Assembly: GCA_965197475.1 (NCBI GenBank)
Contig: CBDANF010000003.1
Coordinates: forward strand, 1,056,001 to 1,120,000
DNA: 64,000 nt
Source of the DNA: Candidatus Poribacteria bacterium
GTDB lineage: Bacteria > Poribacteria > WGA-4E > WGA-3G
Direction of reading: 5' to 3'
Shown: in pieces, positions 10,788 to 19,968 of the stretch
Layout: the number at the start of each line of letters is the position of its first letter
Numbering within the stretch: position 1 is the stretch's first letter
Translations under genes and position numbers: made by a program
Notes under the pieces: generated by a model
What the model was told of the DNA's origin: nothing
Databases searched by the model: none
Seen by the model: the letters and a program-made list of their open reading frames with translations, nothing else

Positions 10788-11201
10788 TACTATAGTTTGG
10801 ACACTTTCATCCTGTCAGGACTTCCGACCAGGTGTTAAATATGGTTTGTCCGCACTCTTGCATCTCTGAATTCTGTTGGAAATCACTTTATTTTAGAGAT
10901 TATTTGAAATAATCGTAAAAAAGATGTAAATTCGATCAGTTTCAGGTAGAGTCTTCAAGTATCTTCCGATTTTTCTTTGAGTATTGTCTCGGATCGTAAC
11001 TCGCAGAAAAATATTCTTGAAAGTGTGAAAATGGTTGAAATTGTTATGCTTGAAGAGAGATTTAAAATCTGATAACATATCTTCTAAGTGGAAAAGAGGA
11101 TCCATTGTCCAACATCCTTTCAAAATGTTGTTTATTATGAAAGGATATCCTCTTTTCTGCTTTTTGTCTCTAAAAATATTAAAATTGTCCAAACTATAGT
11201 A
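10788..11201 (-). mobile_element. Internally deleted IS remnant (IS701/IS4-like, tentative)
   Basis: Perfect 16-bp TIR TACTATAGTTTGGACA (10788-10803 / 11186-11201); encloses a transposase-like N-terminus MDPLFHLEDMLSDFKSLF..NFNHFHTF. Confidence 0.6.
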
Positions 11202-11257
11202 CAATATAGGAAACAGCAAAACACACAGAGTCGTACACCATAAAGGAAAAGGGATGC

Positions 11258-11646
11258 ATGAATCCGTTGACGCTGGAATGGATAGAGAAGGCTGTAGAAC
11301 ATTATAGCGCAGCAAAGCGGCTTCTGCAATCGCCAAACCCTATTCATAACTCTATCTGCTTCCACGTTCAGTAGTGTATTGAAAGTATCTAAAGCCTAGC
11401 TGCAAGAGGTAAACATATCCTTTTCAAAAACGCACGATCTTGAAGAATTGCTGAAACTTATTGCACCGACAATACCCTCATGGAACTTGTAGCAGCCACA
11501 CCTTCAAGATAATAACAACGTACGCAGTGGAATCCCGTTATCCTGGTGATTCTGCGACAGCTGATAATACACAACATGCAATGTACATCTGTGATGAGGT
11601 GCACCAAGTCGTTCGCTTGCAGTTGAACTTCGCGATACCAAATTGA
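11258..11646 (+). pseudogene. HEPN-domain toxin pseudogene
   Basis: MNPLTLEWIEKA...ICFHVQ*CIE..YLKA*...KTHDLEEL...YAVESRYPG, with stops and frameshifts. Confidence 0.75.
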
Positions 11647-11715
11647 GGATCAATACGAAACCCTTTGACCCTATAAAATCGATGTTGTGCATCAAAAAGG
11701 TTACAATAGAAACAG

Positions 11716-12435
11716 ATGCCTAAAAACCTTCAATTCTTCATCACGCTATTACTCATATTTATATTAACACCATTGCTTCATGCTGCGCCGTTAAAAACGC
11801 TTTCCTTAGATTTTAAGCGCGAATTAACTGAAAACGGCAAAACAGAACACATCGCAGGTATACTTCACTACGATGTCAAAGCTGCGCGAGTTGTCGTTGA
11901 GGTTACCAAACCGGTCAAGCAAATAATAGTCGTGAAGAACAATGTGTTAGAGATTTACTATCCTGTGGAGAAACAAGCGTTCCGTTTTATCTCTGAAGGA
12001 CGGATTCCACTTCCGTTTGTCGAATCCATCATTCAGACCACACAAGCGGAGTACGGATTGACTGCAATTGGATATACGCTTGGTCAGCACGATGTCGTTG
12101 ACAAAGTGCTTTATACCTATTGGAAACCACCTGAAAAAGCCAAAGAACAGCTCGGAACTATCATCCTGGGGATGCGCGATGACAAGCTCATCTCTGCCGA
12201 AGTTAAGAACCCTAAAGGACATATTATCGCAAGATCTTTGTATCAGAACCACAGCAAATTCGGTATTAACTATATCCCAATGGAAATTACATCCAGTACG
12301 TATGGCACGAAATCTGAGGTTCTCCAACATGAAAAAATTGTCTATAGCAACCCACACGTGAACGTTGAACCACTAAATCCAATTTTTAATTTCACAATAC
12401 CGGAATCAGTAGAGGTGAAGGAAATCAAATGGTAA
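11716..12435 (+). CDS. Exported LolA-fold-like protein (tentative)
   Basis: Signal peptide; beta-rich, KPVKQIIVV..LEIYYPVEKQA and FNFTIPESVEV end resemble LolA. Confidence 0.5.
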   Translation: MPKNLQFFITLLLIFILTPLLHAAPLKTLSLDFKRELTENGKTEHIAGILHYDVKAARVVVEVTKPVKQIIVVKNNVLEIYYPVEKQAFRFISEGRIPLPFVESIIQTTQAEYGLTAIGYTLGQHDVVDKVLYTYWKPPEKAKEQLGTIILGMRDDKLISAEVKNPKGHIIARSLYQNHSKFGINYIPMEITSSTYGTKSEVLQHEKIVYSNPHVNVEPLNPIFNFTIPESVEVKEIKW

Positions 12436-12869
12436 ATTATACTGTCTTTCGTAATAAATTTATGTTTTTCTGTACTATCTGTTTAACCGTTGTTATCCTC
12501 TCCACATCTTCCTACGCAGATGAAGCCACTGATCTCGCCTTTATCCGTGAAGTTAATCCCATCACAAAGGAAAAACGAGAAGAAGTTATCCGATTTAATC
12601 CACAGGAAACCTCAGAGTTGAAATTCGCCGCTACGGGATTGATTCGTCTGTATCAAAAATTCATCTCCAGCCAAGATGGACCAACCTGCAATTTTACACC
12701 CACCTGTTCACGTTTCGGTATGGCATGTATACAGGAATACGGCATATTGCGCGGCATACTCCTCACCGCAGACAGACTCCTCCGATGTAACGGTTCGCAA
12801 TCAACGCTCTACCATAAAGACACAAGGACAAGCAAGTACATAGACCCAATTTCAAATTATGCGAAATAA
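12429..12869 (+). CDS. yidD: Membrane protein insertion efficiency factor YidD-like
   Basis: IRLYQKFISSQDGPTCNFTPTCSRF...RLLRCN. Confidence 0.8.
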   Translation: MVNYTVFRNKFMFFCTICLTVVILSTSSYADEATDLAFIREVNPITKEKREEVIRFNPQETSELKFAATGLIRLYQKFISSQDGPTCNFTPTCSRFGMACIQEYGILRGILLTADRLLRCNGSQSTLYHKDTRTSKYIDPISNYAK

Positions 12870-13743
12870 TAAGATATGCGGATACTTACTCATAATAATC
12901 CTCAATATTGCGTTCCTATCCGTTGTCAATGCCGAAGAGTCGATAGACTACTACAGTCCTGAAAACGTCCTCAAATTTGCCGATTTTCTATATGAGCAGG
13001 GGGACTACCTTCGCGCCGCGGGTGAATATCAACGCTATCTTTTTTATCAACCGCAAGAACGCGAGAAAATTCGTTATAGAATTGCTCTCTGTTTTCGTTT
13101 AGGTGGAAAAACAGAACAAGCAATCCGGACGTTTGAAACGTTTCTGCGGAGTTCTTCGGATAGCAAATTGGCGAGTAGTGCTATTTATCAGATCGGCGTT
13201 TCCTATTTCCTCATGGAACAGTTCGGAAAATCGGCAAAATATCTTGACGTATCGCTACCGCGCATAGTAGATGTTCGATATCGTGCCGAATCGCAACAAC
13301 TGATTGGTCTCTCGTATTTGATGCAAAAACAGTGGCTTGAAGCAGAAAAGATATTCAATGACTTAAAAAAATCGGATGTGTTGGTAATAAGGGAAAAAGC
13401 AGCAGTGTATAGCAAATATGCTGTACAGGGAACGAAACTAACGACTCGTAGCCCGTTTTTAGCAGGTTTTCTGTCTACGGTTGTGCCCGGAGCTGGACGG
13501 CTTTATACCGGCCGTGTCAGCGATGCGCTAACTTCTCTGTTCACCGTAGGTTTAACAGGTTGGCAAGCTTACGACGGTTTTCGTAGAGATGGACTTTCAT
13601 CAGTGAAGGGATGGACACTCAGTACGCTCGGTGGTATCTTCTATCTGGGTAATATTTACGGCTCCGTAATTTCTGCACGGGTCTATAATCGCCACGTAGC
13701 GGAAGAATTTTTGATGACGTTGTCCATAGAGTTCCCATATTGA
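12859..13743 (+). CDS. TPR protein with C-terminal TM2-like membrane hairpin
   Basis: Signal peptide, TPR repeats, SPFLAGFLSTVVPGAGRLYTG. Confidence 0.75.
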   Translation: MRNNKICGYLLIIILNIAFLSVVNAEESIDYYSPENVLKFADFLYEQGDYLRAAGEYQRYLFYQPQEREKIRYRIALCFRLGGKTEQAIRTFETFLRSSSDSKLASSAIYQIGVSYFLMEQFGKSAKYLDVSLPRIVDVRYRAESQQLIGLSYLMQKQWLEAEKIFNDLKKSDVLVIREKAAVYSKYAVQGTKLTTRSPFLAGFLSTVVPGAGRLYTGRVSDALTSLFTVGLTGWQAYDGFRRDGLSSVKGWTLSTLGGIFYLGNIYGSVISARVYNRHVAEEFLMTLSIEFPY

Positions 13744-13796
13744 TCCAGCCATCATACCAACCCGATAGAAATAAATGAAGTGTATCTTGAATTCTA

Positions 13797-13917
13797 TAAG
13801 GTCATTTAATTTTTCGAAAATTTAGATTTTCGGTTTAAGACCCTCCGTTGTAGGAGCGACCTCTCGGTCGCGACTTTTCGTCTAAAATGGGTAAAAACCC
13901 TAAACTAAATAGCCCTA
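13797..13917. mobile_element. 121-bp ISAs1-type MITE carrying a REP (degenerate copy)
   Basis: Right end AAACTAAATAGCCCTA, degenerate left end, GAATTCTA on both flanks; internal GTAGGAGCGA..TCGCGACT; homologous to 31769-31890 and 43958-44079. Confidence 0.7.
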
Positions 13918-13936
13918 CGAATTCTATTAGGCTATT

Positions 13937-13998
13937 TATAGTTGATTTTACAATCTAATGATACGCGGATGATCGGCGCGCTTAGAAAGCGCGTCTAC
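13937..13998 (-). repeat. ~60-bp GTAG-REP element (family A)
   Basis: Reverse complement GTAGACGCGCTTTCTAAGCGCGCCGATC...AACTATA. Confidence 0.7.
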
Positions 13999-14236
13999 AA
14001 GTTTGATCCACAAAAAATTCGGGCTTACAAGATTTCCCTCCACAAGAGTACTGAGCAACAATTGAATAGCTCTGACAAGTTCAACAGTGGAGGCGATTTC
14101 CGATCAAGCTTCCGAGCTAAAAACGGCAGATGCTGTTTTTCTGAACAAATTCAGCACTTATTTGCCTAATATAACAACTGAAATTGCTTGATTGAATATT
14201 CTAATCCAAAGTTCCAATGCGTAATGAGGAAAAACT

Positions 14237-16384
14237 ATGAAACATAAATACAACATGATTATATCCGTTTTAGTCCTGATATTATCATCAGTAGTTGTCA
14301 TAAACACTTGGACACAAGACACGCTTTCAAAAGATGAAAAACGGTTTGACCTTGATCAGAATGGCGAGCTTAGCACATCTGAAAAAGATCTCATGGTTAG
14401 AGTTATGAGAATCGAAAATGCAAGAGGTGTCCAATTCACTGAGCGCGAGATTCGTGAAATGCGCAATGGACAAAGTGACCAATCTCGTGGAAGAGGAAGA
14501 ACCACCAGGTCTCGCGGTTCCAGAGAACCCACTGGACCACGACTCAACCCGGATCAGATTCAGTTCAAGGATGGCACAGCAACAATTCCCAACCGTGAGA
14601 CTTTCAAGAAACTCGCTTATCAAGGAACAGAAGTACGCATTGACACCCAACTTATTGGAATTGAATTTGTAAAATTTCAGATTGAGAATACTCAGACCCA
14701 AAACCCACACCTTTATTTTATGAACACAAAGACTCATCGTTCCCATGGCAGTTTCATGCAGGCTGCTGGATTAGGAAGAGGTCAAGGACAGATGCGAGGT
14801 GTGCTTAGCTATCGTCCACTTTCCACGTCACCGAACGGTGAACCGGGAGTCTACACCTTTGAGTTTAATCCGAACGATGCCTACCCATTTACTGAAATTC
14901 AGCGCGTTCACGACTTGCTTGTATCAAAAATGCCTATATTGAAAAATAGATTAGGATATTGCCCGTTATGGGGTGCAATTGGTATTTATAGACGTGAAAA
15001 AGCATTGTATGATGCGGCAGCATTCCCTGTCTATTTCGAAGATGATCTTTACGCTAACATCGGCTACCTCCCACTGAATTCAGCAGAGTCGTTTGGTCGG
15101 TTGCGTGTATTAGAAGCTAACGAACGTACAACACCTCGCGATATCGTCATCTGCAAAACTTTGCCGAACGAGATGCCGAGAGTTGCCGGTATTATTACCG
15201 GTGTACGTCAAACACCGCTTTCACATGTCAACCTTCGTGCTATTCAGGACAAAGTCCCTAACGCATTCATTACCAAAGCGTGGAACAACAGATCGATTGC
15301 ACCGCTCATCGGCAAGTACGTCTACTACAAAGTAAACGCAGATGGTTTTGAAATTAGAGAGGCGACGCAAAAAGAGGTAGAAACCCATTTTGCTGGTTTG
15401 CGTCCAGCGAAAACTCAGAAACCCGAACGTAACCTCTCTGTAAAAGAGATTTTACCACTTGACGACATTGAGTTTGCAGATTCCTCAAGTTTCGGTGTCA
15501 AAACGGCTAATGTGGCTACATTAAGGACATTTGAGTTTCCTGAGGGCACCATACCGAACGGATTTGGAGTGCCATTCTACTTTTACGACGAATTTATGAA
15601 ACATAACAATTTCTATGCCAAGGCTCAGGTGTTACTCAAAGATTCAACGTTCCAGAATTCACATGACACGAAGGAAGCAGAGCTGAAAAAGCTTACGTCG
15701 GAGATCGAGAAGGGAGAGATGCCGGTGTGGATGATGACTGCGCTTTCGGATTTACAAAATTCATTTCCAGAAGGCACTTCTCTCCGATGTCGCTCCAGCA
15801 CCAACAACGAGGATCTCCCCGGCTTTAGTGGTGCAGGTTTATACGATTCCTTCACGCACAATCCAGACGAAGGGCATCTATCGAAATCGATTAAGCAGGT
15901 GTTTGCAAGCCTATGGAATTTCCGGGCTTTTGAGGCGCGAGAATTCTATCGTATCGATCATTTCACTACTGCAATGGGGGTACTTGTCCATCCAAATTTT
16001 GAAAATGAATTGGCAAACGGTGTCGCTGTAACCGATGATGTCGTTTATCAGACTGAAGGAAATTACTATCTCAACACCCAAGTCGGAGAAAACCTTGTGA
16101 CGAACCCTGAGGATCAGTCAGTTCCGGAAGAGATTTTATTGGATTGGTGGGATAACAATAAATATAGGGTTGTGGCAACATCTAATCGGATAACGGACAG
16201 CAACCGGATTCTAACGGACACATACTTACGTGAACTAGCGTTCTATCTTGGCACAATACACAATAAATTCAGTCAGTTGTACGGTAGCGCATCGCAAACG
16301 AAAGACTTTGCTATGGAGATTGAGTTCAAGATTACAAACGATGCTAAGATATCAATTAAGCAGGCAAGACCATGGGCAAGGTGA
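14237..16384 (+). CDS. PEP/pyruvate-binding (PPDK_N, ATP-grasp) domain protein with signal peptide and EF-hand-like motif
   Basis: FGVKTANVA, IPNGFGVPF, RSSTNNEDLPGFSGAGLYDS, EIEF..IKQARP; N-terminal hydrophobic stretch; FDLDQNGELSTSE. Confidence 0.8.
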   Translation: MKHKYNMIISVLVLILSSVVVINTWTQDTLSKDEKRFDLDQNGELSTSEKDLMVRVMRIENARGVQFTEREIREMRNGQSDQSRGRGRTTRSRGSREPTGPRLNPDQIQFKDGTATIPNRETFKKLAYQGTEVRIDTQLIGIEFVKFQIENTQTQNPHLYFMNTKTHRSHGSFMQAAGLGRGQGQMRGVLSYRPLSTSPNGEPGVYTFEFNPNDAYPFTEIQRVHDLLVSKMPILKNRLGYCPLWGAIGIYRREKALYDAAAFPVYFEDDLYANIGYLPLNSAESFGRLRVLEANERTTPRDIVICKTLPNEMPRVAGIITGVRQTPLSHVNLRAIQDKVPNAFITKAWNNRSIAPLIGKYVYYKVNADGFEIREATQKEVETHFAGLRPAKTQKPERNLSVKEILPLDDIEFADSSSFGVKTANVATLRTFEFPEGTIPNGFGVPFYFYDEFMKHNNFYAKAQVLLKDSTFQNSHDTKEAELKKLTSEIEKGEMPVWMMTALSDLQNSFPEGTSLRCRSSTNNEDLPGFSGAGLYDSFTHNPDEGHLSKSIKQVFASLWNFRAFEAREFYRIDHFTTAMGVLVHPNFENELANGVAVTDDVVYQTEGNYYLNTQVGENLVTNPEDQSVPEEILLDWWDNNKYRVVATSNRITDSNRILTDTYLRELAFYLGTIHNKFSQLYGSASQTKDFAMEIEFKITNDAKISIKQARPWAR

Positions 16385-16404
16385 GTCTACAGTAAGTCCA
16401 TAAT

Positions 16405-16434
16405 GGTTGGGTAGAACGTACACGAAACCCAACA
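16405..16434 (+). repeat. REP palindrome (GGTTGGGTAGA...GAAACCCAACA class)
   Basis: Same class at ~589-612, 35061, 46867 and 46990-47036. Confidence 0.65.
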
Positions 16435-16461
16435 ATCCACCAATTGACCTAACACATACAA

Positions 16462-17504
16462 TAGACATTATAACTAATTAGTTGTCCGTTTGGTTAGTCT
16501 CTATTATACTTATTACAATCGGACAATAGGAGGCTAACTCATGATAAGTTTTCAAGAACTAAGGGACAAACCTGATACGCTCCTGTCCCTCACCGGATAT
16601 ACCTTAGAAGATTGGACTGAACTATCACCTTATTTTACTAAATGTTTTTTAGAGTATGTTCAAACACATACCCTTGCAGGAAAACCGCGCAAAAAACGGA
16701 GATATAAACCGTATAAAAATAGTCGTTTTGATACACCTGAAGATATGTTGCTATTTATACTGATTTACCTTCGTGAAGCACCGAAACAAGTGCTATTCGG
16801 TGCGCTCTTTGGCATGTCTCAACCTCTTGCTAATAGATGGATTCACTTGCTTTTATCGATATTGAACAAAGCATTAGCAGAACTTGGAGAGTTGCCATCT
16901 CGGGAAACAGACCCCGCCCCTATATGTGCTCCATCAAAAGTATCAACTCAAAATCAAGAAGGAGAACATTTTTTTCATGATAGCACCGAACGCCCTATAC
17001 GACGCCCAAAAGACCCGTCAACTCAAAAGGCGTATTATAGTGGTAAAAAGAAATGCCATACAGTGAAAAATAATCTGATTATCAATGAGGCCTGCAAAGT
17101 CGTCCTATTGACACCTTCTTTTGAAGGAAGACACCCTGACAAACACATAGCCGATATGGTGGGCTATTGTGTGCCACAGGGTAGCACATTGTCCCAAGAT
17201 ACCGGTTTTCAGGGTTTCACCCTCCCGGATATAAACATCATTCAACCGAAGAAAAAACCGAGAGGTAGAGAACGGACGAATGAAGAAAAAGAAAACAATA
17301 GAAAGATAGCGTCTATACGCATACGCGTTGAACATGCGATTAGTGGTGTCAAAAGATGCCGCATTGTCAAAGATAAACTCAGGAATTGGAAGAAAGGGTT
17401 TTGTGATTTAGTTATGGAAACTTGTTGTGGTTTACACAACTTCCGACTAAACTTTAGACCCTGGCGTTATGAAACTCCTGTTATTTAAATCATTATAATG
17501 TCTA
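16462..17504 (+). mobile_element. IS5-family (ISL2-like, DDE_Tnp_4) insertion sequence
   Basis: TIR TAGACATTATAA (16462-16473 / 17493-17504), the terminal TA possibly being the target duplication; single transposase ORF. Confidence 0.8.
16541..17488 (+). CDS. DDE transposase (HTH_Tnp_4 + DDE_Tnp_4)
   Basis: DSTERPIRRP..YYSGKKKCHTVK, QDTGFQG, RIRVEHAISGVK. Confidence 0.9.
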   Translation: MISFQELRDKPDTLLSLTGYTLEDWTELSPYFTKCFLEYVQTHTLAGKPRKKRRYKPYKNSRFDTPEDMLLFILIYLREAPKQVLFGALFGMSQPLANRWIHLLLSILNKALAELGELPSRETDPAPICAPSKVSTQNQEGEHFFHDSTERPIRRPKDPSTQKAYYSGKKKCHTVKNNLIINEACKVVLLTPSFEGRHPDKHIADMVGYCVPQGSTLSQDTGFQGFTLPDINIIQPKKKPRGRERTNEEKENNRKIASIRIRVEHAISGVKRCRIVKDKLRNWKKGFCDLVMETCCGLHNFRLNFRPWRYETPVI

Positions 17505-17511
17505 ATACACC

Positions 17512-17555
17512 AAAATCCGCGTAATCTGTGTAATCCGTCTAATCAGCGATTCAGA
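17512..17555 (+). repeat. 9-bp-period AATC(C/T) repeat ending GATTCAGA
   Basis: aaaatccgcgtaatctgtgtaatccgtctaatcagcgattcaga; similar array at ~35094-35128. Confidence 0.55.
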
Positions 17556-17591
17556 AGGCAAACAATTTACATATCCTAAAAATAGTTTACC

Positions 17592-17620
17592 TTGAATACC
17601 TACCCGAAATCTGTTATAAT
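17592..17620 (+). promoter_or_regulatory. sigma70-type promoter of the ADH operon
   Basis: TTGAAT-17bp-TATAAT with TG extension. Confidence 0.55.
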
Positions 17621-17684
17621 TTACCTTATTCCAAACACAGTCTCTAAAAACACCATATCGCAAGTACTTAAATTTTTATTTTTA

Positions 17685-18806
17685 ATGGAAACTTTTGATT
17701 CTGACTTGGCACAACGCGTCATCTTTGGCGAAAATAGTATTGAGAAACTTGCTGAATCGACAATCGCGCTCGGCGGCAGTCGTGTCCTAATTGTAACAGA
17801 CCCCGGAATTCAAGAAGCGGGCATCCTCAAACGAGCATATACAGCACTAAACAGTGAGAAGATTCCCTGTTACGTTTTTGCTCATGTTGATCCTAACCCA
17901 ACAACGAAGCACGTTGAAGCTGCCGTTCAATTTGCGAAAGCCAACGCACCGATTGACCTTATTATCGGTCTCGGTGGTGGGAGTGCGATGGATTGTGCTA
18001 AAGGCGCAAATTTTCTGCTAACCAACGGTGGCAAAATGGAGGACTATTGGGGAACGAACAAAGCTACGCAATCAATGCTCCCCTCTATCGGCATTCCGAC
18101 AACTATCGGCACAGGAAGTGAGGCACAATCCTTTGCTCTGATTGCACAAGAAGATACACACATCAAAATGGCATGTGGTGATAAAAAAGCACAATTCAGG
18201 ACGGTGATTTTAGACCCAACGTTAACAGAAACCTTGCCGAGAGTGGTAGCGGCGGTAACAGGGATAGACGCAATCGCCCACGCAATTGAAAGTTTTGTCT
18301 CAACCAGACGCAACCCGATGTCACAAATGTTCTCGCTGCACGCTTGGAAACTGTTAGACGCTAATTTCGAGTTAGCACTTAATACAAAAAATAGCGAAGC
18401 GTGCGGAAAAATGTTGTTTGGTGCTTATCTTGCTGGCGTTGCGATTGAAAATTCTATGCTCGGTGCAGCGCACGCGTGTGCCAATCCGTTGACTGCCAGA
18501 TACGGTATTATCCACGGCATCGCTGTTGCCTTGATGTTACCGAACGTCATTCGATTCAACAAAACGGTCGCAAGTGAATCCTATAGCGAACTCTACCCGG
18601 AAGGAAATTTAGCAGACAGAATTGAAGTTCTAATGCAGACAGGCGATTTACCGAACACACTTCAGGATTGTCCTGTCCAACACCCTATCAGGTCAACTGA
18701 CATCGCCACGTTAGCGAAAGAAGCTGCGGTGCAGTGGACTGTGCAGTTTAACCCACGTTCTTTGCGTATGCATGATTTTATGAGGCTTTATGAGGAAGTT
18801 TTTTGA
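17685..18806 (+). CDS. Iron-containing alcohol dehydrogenase family protein
   Basis: GLGGGSAMDCAK, PTTIGTGSE, DAIAHAIE, AHACAN...HGIA; start reassigned to the ATG at 17685. Confidence 0.9.
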   Translation: METFDSDLAQRVIFGENSIEKLAESTIALGGSRVLIVTDPGIQEAGILKRAYTALNSEKIPCYVFAHVDPNPTTKHVEAAVQFAKANAPIDLIIGLGGGSAMDCAKGANFLLTNGGKMEDYWGTNKATQSMLPSIGIPTTIGTGSEAQSFALIAQEDTHIKMACGDKKAQFRTVILDPTLTETLPRVVAAVTGIDAIAHAIESFVSTRRNPMSQMFSLHAWKLLDANFELALNTKNSEACGKMLFGAYLAGVAIENSMLGAAHACANPLTARYGIIHGIAVALMLPNVIRFNKTVASESYSELYPEGNLADRIEVLMQTGDLPNTLQDCPVQHPIRSTDIATLAKEAAVQWTVQFNPRSLRMHDFMRLYEEVF

Positions 18807-19968
18807 AAAATCAGTCTTCAAGTGTACCTATCAGTCCTATGTAGGAATAAGCGTATCTATTTTTATCCTACTGTTCGTCATCGTCCATTTTGCTTTTGGC
18901 AATTGGGCAAGTTTTCGAGGAAATCCACAACTTACGGGTGTCGCTGATTCACAACTTCCTGAAAAGCTTGAGTTGCTCTGGACTTTTCAAGCAGGCGATA
19001 TGATTGAGTCTACCGCCGCAATTGTTGATGATGTTGTGTATGTCGGATCATCGGATGGGTATCTATATGCGATCGACGCGCAAACGGGTAAAGGCACATG
19101 GAAGTATCAGGCAACTGCACTGATAAAATCATCACCTTCTGTTCACAAAGGCGTTATCTACTTTGGTGATGGAGATGGCATTTTTCATGCTGTGGATATT
19201 GCCACTCAAAAAAAGAAATGGCAGTTTAGCACAGAGGGTGAAATCATCTCATCAGCAAATTTTGCTGGCGACCGTGTGTTATTCGGTTCGTATGATGGAT
19301 TTCTCTACTGTCTCAACATAAAAAATGGTGAACTGGTATGGAAATTTGAAACCGAAGGATACGTCCACGGCACCCCCGCAATTTTCGGAAATTTCGTGAT
19401 TGTTACAGGATGTGATAGTTACCTTCGTGTTATCAATATTGATGATGGGACTGAGACACAACAGGTAAACCTTGGCGCGTATGTTGGCGCAAGTCCCGCG
19501 ATTTTAGGTGCGAATACAGATTCTCAAGCTAAGTCTCAAGTTCGCGCGTATTGTGGAACGTACGGTAACGAAGTGTTAGGAATTGACCTCACATCTGGTA
19601 AAATTGCATGGCGGTATGAACATCCGGTGCGTCAACTACCATTTTTTGCTTCAGCTGCCGTAACGGAAAACCTTGTAATTATTGGTGGGCGCGATAAAAT
19701 GGTGCATGCGCTTTCACCAGAAAAAGGCGAACCGCAATGGACTTATACTGCGAAATCCCGCATTGAATCTTCACCGGTCATCGTTGGCAAGCGCGTCTTT
19801 TTTGGGACAACTCGCGGTCTGTTCATCGCCTTGGATATTACCACAGGAGAACTGGCATGGGAATTTGCTATCGGTTCACCTATCGTTGCATCCCCCAGTG
19901 TTGCTGATGGTAGAATATATATCGGAACAGAGGATGGAATCCTCTACTGCTTTGGAGAAAAGAAATAA
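18790..19968 (+). CDS. PQQ-like beta-propeller repeat protein (BamB-like fold)
   Basis: W.SFRGN N-terminus and repeated SSP...VYFG..DG.LY..D..TG...W units. Confidence 0.88.
   Translation: MRKFFEKSVFKCTYQSYVGISVSIFILLFVIVHFAFGNWASFRGNPQLTGVADSQLPEKLELLWTFQAGDMIESTAAIVDDVVYVGSSDGYLYAIDAQTGKGTWKYQATALIKSSPSVHKGVIYFGDGDGIFHAVDIATQKKKWQFSTEGEIISSANFAGDRVLFGSYDGFLYCLNIKNGELVWKFETEGYVHGTPAIFGNFVIVTGCDSYLRVINIDDGTETQQVNLGAYVGASPAILGANTDSQAKSQVRAYCGTYGNEVLGIDLTSGKIAWRYEHPVRQLPFFASAAVTENLVIIGGRDKMVHALSPEKGEPQWTYTAKSRIESSPVIVGKRVFFGTTRGLFIALDITTGELAWEFAIGSPIVASPSVADGRIYIGTEDGILYCFGEKK

Noticed and set aside
17592-17684. N-terminal extension of the Fe-ADH
   Set aside because: Overlaps the predicted promoter; the ATG at 17685 fits the family length
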